Translations under genes and position numbers: made by a program
Shown: one piece after another, positions 25,408 to 34,175 of the stretch
How positions within the stretch are numbered: position 1 is the first letter of the stretch
Layout of the letters: each line of letters opens with the position of its first letter
DNA from: Candidatus Zixiibacteriota bacterium
Lineage (GTDB): Bacteria; Zixibacteria; MSB-5A5; JAABVY01; JAHJOQ01
Assembly (NCBI GenBank): GCA_020053015.1
Contig: JAGVNY010000113.1
Location: forward strand, 1-51,277
Reading direction: 5' to 3'
Length of the DNA: 51,277 bases
Notes under the pieces: model-generated
What the model saw: only the letters and a program-made list of their open reading frames with translations
What the model was told of the DNA's origin: nothing
The model's database searches: none

Positions 25408-26709
25408 TCACACAAAGAACACCAGCGTTATCACCACGAATAGCGGGAGCAGAATTAGAGTCGAGTACGCCATGTAGCCGAAGAAATGCGGGACTTTGAC
25501 GCGCTGCTCTTCGGCGATCGACTTGACCATGAAATTCGGGCCGTTGCCGATATACGTCATTGCACCCATGAAGACCGCGCCGCAGCTTATTGCGCGCAAA
25601 AGTGCATCGCTAACACCTGCGACCGAATCGACAGCGGCGCTTCCCGCACTTGCAGTCACGCTCTGGGCGAGCGAGAAGAAAGTCAGATAAGTTGGGGCAT
25701 TGTCGAGAAACGAGCTGAGCCCACCGGTCAGCCAGAAATACTGCCAGGGCTCCGTGATGCCAAACTCGGCGCCCTTGAGCCTGAGCAAGGTGAGAAGCGG
25801 CACCATAGTCACAAATATCCCCGCGAAGAGCACGGCAACCTCAATGATGGGGTGGTACGTGAAACCGTTTCTCTGTCTCGTTTCACGAGGAGTAATTGCG
25901 ACCGATAGCAGCGTCACACCGAGCATTACGAGTTCGCGATATGGGGTCGCAAGTTGCAGTGAAACAGCAAGAACCACGGCGCCGAGGAACAGAATGTTAA
26001 TCTTGCCGTCGAGACCCAGAGGTGTCACGCGAGTGACATCGAGTCGCATGCTCGCAGGCGTCTCTTTGCGATAGGCAAGCGAATCCCATACGTAGAACAC
26101 ACCGAGAATCAGCGCCAGACAGAGTATCCATTCCGGATAGAGACTTGCCGTCCAGAAGAACGGAACTCCCTTCAGATAGCCGAGAAACAGAGGCGGATCG
26201 CCGAGCGGCGTGAGACAGCCGCCGATGTTTGACACGACAAAGATGAAGAAGATGGGGATATGAGCGGTGCGTTTGCGCTCGCTGTTGGTGCGCAGCATCG
26301 GTCTGATCAGCACCATGCTGGCGCCGGTCGTGCCTATGACATTCGCGATAACCGCGCCGACAAGCAGAAATGTAGTATTCACGGCTGGAGTGGCCTTGAT
26401 GTCCCCCTTCAGCAGTATGCCTCCAGATATTATGAACAGTGATCCGAGCAGAGCAATGAATGACACGTAGTCCTTCATGTTATGGACAAGCTCGTGCGGA
26501 TAGCTTCCTATGAGGTAGACAAGAATCGGGATACTCACAATGACCGTGATGACCGCCTTGTTCCTGTTCTTCTCCCAGAAGTGCGGAAACGCGAGCGGCA
26601 TGACTGCTATGAGGAGAAGCAGAGCTACGAACGGAATGCCTGTGTAATAAGGAGGCGCTTCCAGAATCTGGTCTGCAACAGTTGTAAGGCTTGATGTCGG
26701 TTCAGACAT
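25408..26709 (-). CDS. Ion-transporter-superfamily permease (ArsB/NhaD/CitMHS-like; annotated in relatives as a sodium:proton antiporter)
   Basis: It is a 433-aa polytopic membrane protein of about 11-12 TM helices. Family assignment rests on general resemblance only; I have no diagnostic motif. Confidence 0.55.
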   Translation of the reverse strand: MSEPTSSLTTVADQILEAPPYYTGIPFVALLLLIAVMPLAFPHFWEKNRNKAVITVIVSIPILVYLIGSYPHELVHNMKDYVSFIALLGSLFIISGGILLKGDIKATPAVNTTFLLVGAVIANVIGTTGASMVLIRPMLRTNSERKRTAHIPIFFIFVVSNIGGCLTPLGDPPLFLGYLKGVPFFWTASLYPEWILCLALILGVFYVWDSLAYRKETPASMRLDVTRVTPLGLDGKINILFLGAVVLAVSLQLATPYRELVMLGVTLLSVAITPRETRQRNGFTYHPIIEVAVLFAGIFVTMVPLLTLLRLKGAEFGITEPWQYFWLTGGLSSFLDNAPTYLTFFSLAQSVTASAGSAAVDSVAGVSDALLRAISCGAVFMGAMTYIGNGPNFMVKSIAEEQRVKVPHFFGYMAYSTLILLPLFVVITLVFFV

Positions 26710-26812
26710 TCATGACTCCTTCATCTTCAAGACTGACCAATATCGAGCTTCAGGCAGGCACTGTCAAGTGCAGCTTGACACCGCAGCGCAAGCCTCGTCG
26801 CAGGACGGACTG

Positions 26813-27595
26813 TCATTTGAGAGCAGTCTTGGATTCTTCCCACAGGCTGTCCATCTCGGCAAGAGTTGCGTCCGCAACGGTACGATCGGACTCCGCGAGA
26901 CGCTGCTCGATATATCCGAACCGCCGCATGAACTTGTTGGTGATGCGATTGAGGGCTCCCTCGGGTTCGATCTTGAGAAACCGCGCGATGTTCACCGCCG
27001 TGAACAACAGGTCACCGAGCTCTTCTTCGATCGCTGTGCGATCAGACCGTCGAAGCTCGCTCTTCAGCTCCGCGACTTCCTCGTCGAGCTTGCGCACGAT
27101 GTCGTCGACTTTCTCCCAGTCGAATCCGAAACGAGCGGCTTTCTCCTGTACACGATATGCGCGCAAGAGAGCTGGCAGGTTTTTGGGCACACCTGCAAGC
27201 ACGGTCTTCGGCGCTCCGTTCTCCGACTTGTCACGAGTGAGCTTGATATGCTCCCAGTTGACGGTCACTTGTTCGGGTGTAATCTCGGTCTTCCGTTCGA
27301 AGACATGCGGATGTCGCCGTACAAGCTTGTCACATATTGATGTCGAGATATCGTCGATGTCGAATCTACCTACTTCAGAAGCCAATTGGGCATGAAAGAC
27401 AATCTGGAGAAGCAGGTCACCGAGTTCTTCTTTCAGTCGATCCATCTCGCCGGTCTCGATCGTCTCGATTACTTCGTATGTCTCCTCCAACAAGTATGGC
27501 ACCAAGGACTTGTGTGTCTGCTCCCTGTCCCACGGGCATCCGTCGGGAGCGCGCAGCTGTCTCATTATGTTAACGAGATCGTAGAGTTTCGACAT
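26813..27595 (-). CDS. mazG: Nucleoside triphosphate pyrophosphohydrolase MazG
   Basis: LRAPDGCPWDREQTHKSLVPYLLEETYEVIETIE and a second EELGDLLF repeat indicate tandem MazG domains. The start is set at the ATG at 27595 (MSKLYDLV). Confidence 0.9.
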   Translation of the reverse strand: MSKLYDLVNIMRQLRAPDGCPWDREQTHKSLVPYLLEETYEVIETIETGEMDRLKEELGDLLLQIVFHAQLASEVGRFDIDDISTSICDKLVRRHPHVFERKTEITPEQVTVNWEHIKLTRDKSENGAPKTVLAGVPKNLPALLRAYRVQEKAARFGFDWEKVDDIVRKLDEEVAELKSELRRSDRTAIEEELGDLLFTAVNIARFLKIEPEGALNRITNKFMRRFGYIEQRLAESDRTVADATLAEMDSLWEESKTALK

Positions 27596-27691
27596 CTCGG
27601 GCACCTTTCGTGAACTTCGATCGTATTCAGCCGATAACGTCTGAAAATACAACGATGCAGCCCGGTGGTCAAAGCCAAAGATAGGAATGGC

Positions 27692-27719
27692 TTGACAATG
27701 CACCGGATTGTCCTATCAT
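27692..27719 (+). promoter_or_regulatory. Sigma70-like promoter for valS
   Basis: TTGACA (27692-27697), a 16-nt spacer, then TATCAT (27714-27719), about 30 nt upstream of the valS ATG. Confidence 0.5.
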
Positions 27720-27748
27720 AGACGGCTGGATTATTCGGGAAAGAAACG

Positions 27749-30424
27749 ATGACAGATATTCCAAAGCACTACGATTTCAAAGCCGCTGAGAAGAAGTGGT
27801 ACAAGTTCTGGCTCGACGGCAAGTACTTTCATGCGGACGCTGCCGACAACGGGAAGAAGCCATATACAATCGTGATCCCGCCGCCCAATGTTACTGACAT
27901 CCTTCACGTCGGTCACGCGCTTAACAACTCGTTGCAGGATATAATGATCCGCTTCAAGCGGATGGATGGCCACGAGGCCGAATGGTTGCCGGGAGTCGAC
28001 CATGCGGGCATCGCAACACAAGTCATTATCGAGAAACAGCTTCTGAAGGAGAAGACCACCCGTCAGGAGGTCGGTCGCGAGAAGTTTGTCGAACGGGTCT
28101 GGAAATGGAAAGACGAGAAATTCGACGCGATAATAGACCAGCTCAAGCAGATCGGCTGTTCCTGCGATTGGGAGAGAACTCGTTTCACGATGGATGAAGG
28201 ACTGTCCAACGCAGTCAAAGAGGTATTCATCCGGCTCTTCGATGAAAAACTGATCTACAAAGGCAATTACATAACCAATTGGTGTCCGAAAGACCTGACC
28301 TCACTTTCCGATGATGAAGTTGAGCACAACGATGTGGATTCACATCTTTGGTACATCAAATACAAGATCGCCGGGGCAGACAATTTCCTGACGGTTGCCA
28401 CCACGCGCCCGGAGACGATGCTCGGCGACACAGCGCTCGCTGTCTCACCAAAGGACCAGCGCTATCAGAAATATGTCGGGCAGACGGCCATCCTCCCTCT
28501 GCTTGATCGTGAGATTCCGATAATCGCCGACGACTATGTCGATCCTGAGTTTGGCACAGGAGTCGTCAAAGTCACTCCGGCACACGATCCAAATGACTTT
28601 CAGATAGGGCTCCGGCATGATCTTGAGCAGATCAACATCATGAATCCTGATGCATCACTGAACGAAGCGGCTGGGCGGTTCAAAGGTCTTGATCGTTATG
28701 AAGGTCGCAAGGCAGTGGTGAAGGAACTGGAGAAGCGCGGACATCTCGAGAAGATCGAGAAGTACAAGCTCTCGGTTGGAGTTTGCTACAGGTGCGGTAC
28801 CGTTGTCGAGCCTTGTCTCTCGGAGCAGTGGTACGTGAGAATGAAGCCGCTCGCGGAGCCTGCTATTGAGGCAGTCAAGACCGGCAAACTGAGGTTCCAT
28901 CCGGAGCACTGGGAGAAGACTTATCTGCATTGGCTGGAGAACGTTCGCGACTGGTGCATATCCCGGCAACTCTGGTGGGGTCACCGTATACCGATTTTCT
29001 ATTGCCGTGAATGCAGTCACACATGGGTGTCTAAGAACACGCCGAAGTCCTGCCCGGAATGCAGATCAGCCGAGATCGAGCAGGACCCGAATGTGCTCGA
29101 CACTTGGTTTTCATCGTGGTTGTGGCCTTTTTCCACTTTCGGCTGGCCCGAGGAAACTCCGGAGCTGAAGAAGTTCTATCCGACTCACTCTCTGTTCACG
29201 GCGTCGGAAATAATCTATCTGTGGGTTGCGCGCATGGTAATGGCTGGATACAAATTCGCCGGCGGCATACCTTTCTCAGATGTCTACATCCACGGGACCG
29301 TACGCGATTCTCAAGGGCGCAAGATGTCCAAGTCGCTCGGCAACGGGATTGACCCACGAGATATTATCGAAGAGTATGGCGCCGATGCGCTTAGAATCTC
29401 GTTGGTTCTCGCCACTCCCGAAGGGCAGGACCCGTGCATCTCCGTCAATAGTTTCGAGCAAGGACGCAATTTCGCCAACAAACTGTGGAATGCGTCGAGG
29501 TTCGTGATGATGAACCTTGGCGAAACAGTTCCGCCGGAGTATCTCAGCAGCATCGTTGACCGGAAAGGCCTCATGCAGACCGACAGGTGGATTCTGTCTC
29601 GTTTGAATCAGACCACGAAGACTCTGCGCATGAGCCTTGACGCTTTCCGATTCAACGCCGGTGCCAAGTCGCTTTATGATTTCGTTTGGCATGACTTCTG
29701 TGATTGGTATGTTGAGCTCGTAAAGTCGCGACTCAAGGAGGGTGGTGATCCGGCTGATCGAGAGACGTCCCGCAATGTCTCAGCTCACGTGCTGAACAAT
29801 GTCCTGCTCCTCCTCAGCCCGTACATGCCCTTCGTGACCGAGGAAATCTGGCAGAGCCTCAGGATAATAGGGGGAGCTTCCGGAACCGCATCGATCGTCG
29901 AAGCGCCCTATCCGCATGTTGATGAGAGCCTGATAGATGCTGGTCTTGAATCTGACATGGAGCGCGTGCAATCCGTGGTGAACGCGATCCGTGCGGTTCG
30001 CGCAGAGATGAACGTCCCGCCGTCAAAACGTGCCGACGTTCACGTGCGGGTCTTTAGCGATGATCTTGCCAGAGACCTCGATCATAATCGTGAGTATCTT
30101 ACCGAGCTGGGCAGGATAGACAAGCTGATAGTCGGCAAGGATATCAAGAGACCAAATCTTTCAGCATCCGCGGTCATCAGAGATTGTGAGATATTCATCC
30201 CGCTTGAGAGATTGATCGACGTAGACAAGGAAAGACAGCGGCTCCAGAGAGATCTTGAGCAGGTCAGATCGCAACTGGACAAGATTGGCCGGAAACTCGG
30301 AAATCCGGAGTTCACCGGAAAGGCGGCCACCGACGTTGTTGAACGCGAAAAGAAGAAGAAAGATGATTTTCAACTGATGGCTGACAAGCTGAACAGAAGC
30401 CTGGAGCAGCTAATAGGCTGGTGA
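27749..30424 (+). CDS. valS: Valyl-tRNA synthetase
   Basis: It has the HIGH motif (PPPNVTDILHVGHALN), the KMSKS motif (KMSKSLGN), a CP1 editing domain and a C-terminal coiled coil. It is 891 aa. Confidence 0.97.
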   Translation: MTDIPKHYDFKAAEKKWYKFWLDGKYFHADAADNGKKPYTIVIPPPNVTDILHVGHALNNSLQDIMIRFKRMDGHEAEWLPGVDHAGIATQVIIEKQLLKEKTTRQEVGREKFVERVWKWKDEKFDAIIDQLKQIGCSCDWERTRFTMDEGLSNAVKEVFIRLFDEKLIYKGNYITNWCPKDLTSLSDDEVEHNDVDSHLWYIKYKIAGADNFLTVATTRPETMLGDTALAVSPKDQRYQKYVGQTAILPLLDREIPIIADDYVDPEFGTGVVKVTPAHDPNDFQIGLRHDLEQINIMNPDASLNEAAGRFKGLDRYEGRKAVVKELEKRGHLEKIEKYKLSVGVCYRCGTVVEPCLSEQWYVRMKPLAEPAIEAVKTGKLRFHPEHWEKTYLHWLENVRDWCISRQLWWGHRIPIFYCRECSHTWVSKNTPKSCPECRSAEIEQDPNVLDTWFSSWLWPFSTFGWPEETPELKKFYPTHSLFTASEIIYLWVARMVMAGYKFAGGIPFSDVYIHGTVRDSQGRKMSKSLGNGIDPRDIIEEYGADALRISLVLATPEGQDPCISVNSFEQGRNFANKLWNASRFVMMNLGETVPPEYLSSIVDRKGLMQTDRWILSRLNQTTKTLRMSLDAFRFNAGAKSLYDFVWHDFCDWYVELVKSRLKEGGDPADRETSRNVSAHVLNNVLLLLSPYMPFVTEEIWQSLRIIGGASGTASIVEAPYPHVDESLIDAGLESDMERVQSVVNAIRAVRAEMNVPPSKRADVHVRVFSDDLARDLDHNREYLTELGRIDKLIVGKDIKRPNLSASAVIRDCEIFIPLERLIDVDKERQRLQRDLEQVRSQLDKIGRKLGNPEFTGKAATDVVEREKKKKDDFQLMADKLNRSLEQLIGW

Positions 30425-30464
30425 TAAGCGAGTTACGCGAGCCTCCCGGATGCGGAGAAAGTAC

Positions 30465-30493
30465 TTGCGTGTGAGGCGTCACAGAGCTATAAT
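30465..30493 (+). promoter_or_regulatory. Sigma70-like promoter for rpmB
   Basis: TTGCGT (30465-30470), a 17-nt spacer, then a perfect TATAAT (30488-30493). A GGAG RBS lies 6 nt before the ATG at 30532. Confidence 0.5.
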
Positions 30494-30531
30494 GAATGGC
30501 TGAGTTTGAATTTCTTACGCTTGGAGTGTAA

Positions 30532-30723
30532 ATGGCTAAGATGTGCGAAATCTGCGGAAAGAAACCTCTTTACGGAAGCAAGATATCCCACGCTCATAAC
30601 GTCTCGAGTCGTCGGTTCAATCCCAATCTGCACACGGTCCGCGCCAGGATTGGCAGTCAGACGAAGAGAATCCGCGTCTGCTCTTCATGTCTGAAGGCTG
30701 GCAAAGTCACAAAAGCCAAGTAG
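30532..30723 (+). CDS. rpmB: 50S ribosomal protein L28
   Basis: MAKMCEICGKKPLYGSKISHAHNVSSRRFNPNLH is the canonical L28 sequence. Confidence 0.95.
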   Translation: MAKMCEICGKKPLYGSKISHAHNVSSRRFNPNLHTVRARIGSQTKRIRVCSSCLKAGKVTKAK

Positions 30724-30844
30724 AGCTACTCTGCACGGTTCCATCTGTTCAAGCACAACTTGATCAGCTTGCCTTGGATCGCCGGGCTGTACGTCGATTG
30801 TCGGAGCCTCCGCTCTACACTTAGTATCGAGAAGTCCGCAGCAG

Positions 30845-32128
30845 CTACTTCAGAAGATCATCCAACTCTGCTGAGAGCAGGGCCGACTTATTTAGCAGTA
30901 TCTCTTCTTTTTGGTTCAGATTATCAGCGGTCATGCGGATGAGTTTGGTGACAATGGCATCGCCAAGAAAGATCCTATGCCTTTTCTCAAGGTACTTCTC
31001 AGTCTTCTGGTAAAAGAGAGTGGCGTACTGCAGGAGCCTCCTTTTCGCGTTCGACCCGCTTCGCTCGGCGTGTGCACTGTAATCCATTAGAGCGGCGATA
31101 TTCTCATCGACATCGAAAGTCATGTTTCCTTCTGCATCACTGATCCAATACCTGCTGATTGCATAGACGATGTACACCGCGCTGCCGTCATCAGTGCCGT
31201 ACGAATACGCAAGGCTGTAGTTATCCGACGGAAAGTCGTGTTGCACGCCGACACTCTTCAAGGCGGTCACCGTTCGTATTTTGTAGTCGGCGACCAGTCG
31301 GAGGTAGCTCTCCCGCCAGTGCTGCAGCCAATGCTCGATGTAGGTCCGATTCATGAAAAGAGGCGTGAGGTCCTGCTTGAGGTTAGCATCGTTGACCTTG
31401 TTCATCTGGAGGGTCAATCTGTCGAACAGCGAGCGCGGGTCGCCTGCATCGACGCCCTTCGCCCTGAGGTAGTCGAGGTCGGGGACAACCTTCTTTTCCA
31501 TATACCAAAGCAAATCGTATATATCCCGACCTTTCTCTTCGTAAACGTCTGTCCCCACGCCACGCTGGCCACGCAGGAAGATTGCAGCGATCTTGCTCGC
31601 CATTAGAGTCGCCATGTTGTACGTCCGAATAACGAAAGAAAGTTGGTCGCGGTTGATCGGACGACGTTCGACGACCGACTTGGGGGCGATGAAATGGTTA
31701 AGGTCGATCTTGACGTGCAACTGTTTGGAGGGGTGGTTAATAGCCAATGCATCCCCGATGTGGAAGCGCAGGAGCAAGCCTCGCCCCGTAGTCGGCTTGA
31801 TCGTCAGCAAATCCTCGCCGGAACCGTAGACGTTGGCGAAGTGTGATGCGATCTCATCCTGCAAAGCACTGAGAAATGCCTCAGTGATCGGATGCGTTAC
31901 CTCAAAGTCCAGATCGACCGACATGCGGTTCAGGCGGTGGCAGATGCGGAGCGCAGAGCCGCCATACATGGTCCACCTGCTAAATTCGGGGTGATGGTAA
32001 ACGAAGTTGAGGACATAGTACTGCAGCTCCTCCTTCAGCACGTTGCGCTGCGTCTCGACATCCACGTTCCCCGATCCGGCAATGTCCTCAAGTCTTCTCT
32101 TCAGCGCTATGAGAATCTGATCATTCAT
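30845..32128 (-). CDS. AbiEii/AbiGii-family (DUF1814) nucleotidyltransferase toxin with a C-terminal extension
   Basis: It has NTase motifs YGGSALR (I), SVDLDFEV (II), HVKIDL (III) and MASKIAAIFLRGQRG (IV). It is 427 aa, against a usual core of about 250-300 aa. It overlaps the upstream antitoxin gene by 8 nt. Confidence 0.85.
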   Translation of the reverse strand: MNDQILIALKRRLEDIAGSGNVDVETQRNVLKEELQYYVLNFVYHHPEFSRWTMYGGSALRICHRLNRMSVDLDFEVTHPITEAFLSALQDEIASHFANVYGSGEDLLTIKPTTGRGLLLRFHIGDALAINHPSKQLHVKIDLNHFIAPKSVVERRPINRDQLSFVIRTYNMATLMASKIAAIFLRGQRGVGTDVYEEKGRDIYDLLWYMEKKVVPDLDYLRAKGVDAGDPRSLFDRLTLQMNKVNDANLKQDLTPLFMNRTYIEHWLQHWRESYLRLVADYKIRTVTALKSVGVQHDFPSDNYSLAYSYGTDDGSAVYIVYAISRYWISDAEGNMTFDVDENIAALMDYSAHAERSGSNAKRRLLQYATLFYQKTEKYLEKRHRIFLGDAIVTKLIRMTADNLNQKEEILLNKSALLSAELDDLLK

Positions 32129-32741
32129 GGCGCATGTAGCCTTTCACGAGTGAGTAGAATGCGTCGCGTTCCTGCTCCGCCATCTCGTCGATATCTATTC
32201 GCAGCTCCTCAACGAGCCTTCCCATATCTCTCAATCTGACGGCGTGGAAGTGCCTCGTCCGGAAATACAGCAGATCAAACAGGGCCTTTGCAGGCGAAGC
32301 AATAAAATACTCAAACCCGCCCTTCTCCGACGAGAAGCCGGAGAAGAGGTTCGGTTGTATCGACTGGAAGGCGAAATCGCCGACTCTCGTCTTGAAGTCA
32401 CGAGTGGTCTTCGTCGTGACGGATGTTGTCGCGTGGATCACTTCTGTCGTGAGGTTGTAATACTGGAGCGCAGTCCACGAGCTTACGTAAGACGGCCGAC
32501 GCAACACGTTTGCCAGATAGAAGCGATAGGAAATGTCACTCTTGTTCCGATTGTAGAATTCGGCGGAGATGTATAGTCCTCTTCGCAGAGCAATGATTTC
32601 CCTGCGACGTAAGGTCTGAGTGATGTATGCATCCACTGTTGTACTCTTCAGCCCATACTGCTCGCTCAATTGCAGAATGGCACGTTTCTCATAGTACGGC
32701 AGTGGTTTCAGAAGTTCGAAAAGATTGGCTCTATACTTCAT
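32121..32741 (-). CDS. AbiEi-family type IV antitoxin / transcriptional autoregulator
   Basis: The N-terminal wHTH-like segment is YYEKRAILQLSEQYGLKSTTVDAYITQTLRRREIIALRRGLYIS. It is 206 aa and is genetically coupled to the AbiEii gene. Confidence 0.8.
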   Translation of the reverse strand: MKYRANLFELLKPLPYYEKRAILQLSEQYGLKSTTVDAYITQTLRRREIIALRRGLYISAEFYNRNKSDISYRFYLANVLRRPSYVSSWTALQYYNLTTEVIHATTSVTTKTTRDFKTRVGDFAFQSIQPNLFSGFSSEKGGFEYFIASPAKALFDLLYFRTRHFHAVRLRDMGRLVEELRIDIDEMAEQERDAFYSLVKGYMRHE

Positions 32742-32746
32742 AATTC

Positions 32747-32790
32747 CACATCTATGACAAAAACATATCAGATGTGAAATATCTTGTCAA
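32747..32790 (-). promoter_or_regulatory. abiE promoter with an inverted repeat bracketing the -10 box
   Basis: On the minus strand: TTGACA (32790-32785), a 17-nt spacer, then TATGTT (32767-32762). The 7-bp inverted repeat CACATCT/AGATGTG (plus-strand 32747-32753 and 32770-32776) flanks the -10. Confidence 0.45.
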
Positions 32791-32940
32791 TGAATATGTT
32801 CGGCAAACTGCAAAGAACCTGAAAGAAGACAGAGAAACGCATAACAGCATAAGGGGCAATACATTATCCCCAATAAGGTGCAGTTCAAGCTCTCGGACGA
32901 TTGATGCGAGCCTTCATGCCATTGACATCTAAACACGGGA

Positions 32941-32969
32941 GAGAGCCTCCGTTTGGCACGGAGGCTCTC
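32941..32969 (-). terminator. Strong hairpin terminator after ftsZ, at the end of the dcw operon
   Basis: gagagcctccg-tttggca-cggaggctctc forms a perfect 11-bp stem 43 nt downstream of the ftsZ stop. On the minus strand it is followed by TCCCGTGTTTAG. Confidence 0.55.
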
Positions 32970-33011
32970 GAGTCCCTTTCCTCGGCTGGTTGAGGAATAG
33001 GGTGGGACTTA

Positions 33012-34163
33012 TCAGCGCTCCATTGCTTTTCTCAGAAAAGTCGGAACGCTTAGATCGTTGGGATCGAAGTTTTCAATGCCTGTGTCGCCTGCGGGAACCG
33101 CTACCCGCTCCCTGCGGATCGGCACTTCGGGTTTCGGCGCGGTGTGTTTCTGATGGAACAAGTCCACCACGTTCGTATCGAGATCGAAGATTTCTTTCTC
33201 TTGTCTGCCGAAGCCGTTGGCAATTACGGTCACGCGCACCTCGTCACCGAGAGATTCGTCGATCACCGCTCCGAAAATGATCTCTGCGTCGGTGCCTGCA
33301 GCCTCATACACAACGTTGGTAGCATCATTTACCTGAGTGAGTGTCAGACCATCGCCACCGCAGACATTTATCAGCACGCCTTTGGCTCCGGAGATACAGG
33401 TGTTCTCGAGCAACGGGGAATTTATCGCCTGCGCCGCCGCGTCAGCGCCAGCGGTCTCGCCTCTGCCGAACCCTGTTCCCATCAACGCGGGAAGTTCGCC
33501 TTTTCCTTTCATAATCGTGCGCACGTCCGCGAAGTCACAATTGATAATGCCAGGTATTGTGATAAGGTCCGCGATTCCCCTGGTTGCGTGAAGCAAAGTC
33601 TCGTCGGCAATCAGGAATGCCTGCGTGAACGTTGTCCCCTTCGGAACTACATCGATCAGCTTCTGATTGGGGATTACGATCAGAGTGTCAACTCGGCTCT
33701 TCAGCTCATCGATACCGATCAACGCCCGATTTAGCCGTTTCTTGCCCTCAAAAACGAACGGCTTCGTAACGATGGCCACCGTCAGTGCGCCGAGGTCTCT
33801 GGCTATTTCGGCGACTATCGGAGCTGCGCCAGTGCCGGTGCCACCGCCCATGCCGGCGGTTACGAACACCATGTCACAGCCTCTAAGCGCCTCGGCAATC
33901 AAATCACGGTCTTCCTCGATCGCCCTGCGTCCGATTTCCGGGTCGGCGCCCGCCCCCAGTCCCTTTGTGCACCGGTTGCCTATCTGAACGCGGACCGACG
34001 CCTTTGAACCCTCGAGAGCCTGAGCGTCCGTATTGACAGAAATGAAATCAACGCCACACAGGTCTGCGTCTATCATGCGGTTGATAGCGTTGTTGCCGGC
34101 GCCGCCTACACCGAGCACCTTTATCTTCGCCTTGTCCGCATATTCCTCGGCGAAACTGATCAT
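33012..34163 (-). CDS. ftsZ: Cell division GTPase FtsZ
   Basis: It has GVGGAGNNAINRM and the tubulin signature GMGGGTGTGAAP. The C-terminal peptide is DLSVPTFLRK. Confidence 0.98.
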   Translation of the reverse strand: MISFAEEYADKAKIKVLGVGGAGNNAINRMIDADLCGVDFISVNTDAQALEGSKASVRVQIGNRCTKGLGAGADPEIGRRAIEEDRDLIAEALRGCDMVFVTAGMGGGTGTGAAPIVAEIARDLGALTVAIVTKPFVFEGKKRLNRALIGIDELKSRVDTLIVIPNQKLIDVVPKGTTFTQAFLIADETLLHATRGIADLITIPGIINCDFADVRTIMKGKGELPALMGTGFGRGETAGADAAAQAINSPLLENTCISGAKGVLINVCGGDGLTLTQVNDATNVVYEAAGTDAEIIFGAVIDESLGDEVRVTVIANGFGRQEKEIFDLDTNVVDLFHQKHTAPKPEVPIRRERVAVPAGDTGIENFDPNDLSVPTFLRKAMER

Positions 34164-34175
34164 ACCACCCTCCTA

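Noticed and set aside
27720-27748. A T-box leader upstream of valS
   Set aside because: The predicted promoter leaves a leader of only about 25-30 nt, far too short for a T-box. No specifier/antiterminator structure is visible.
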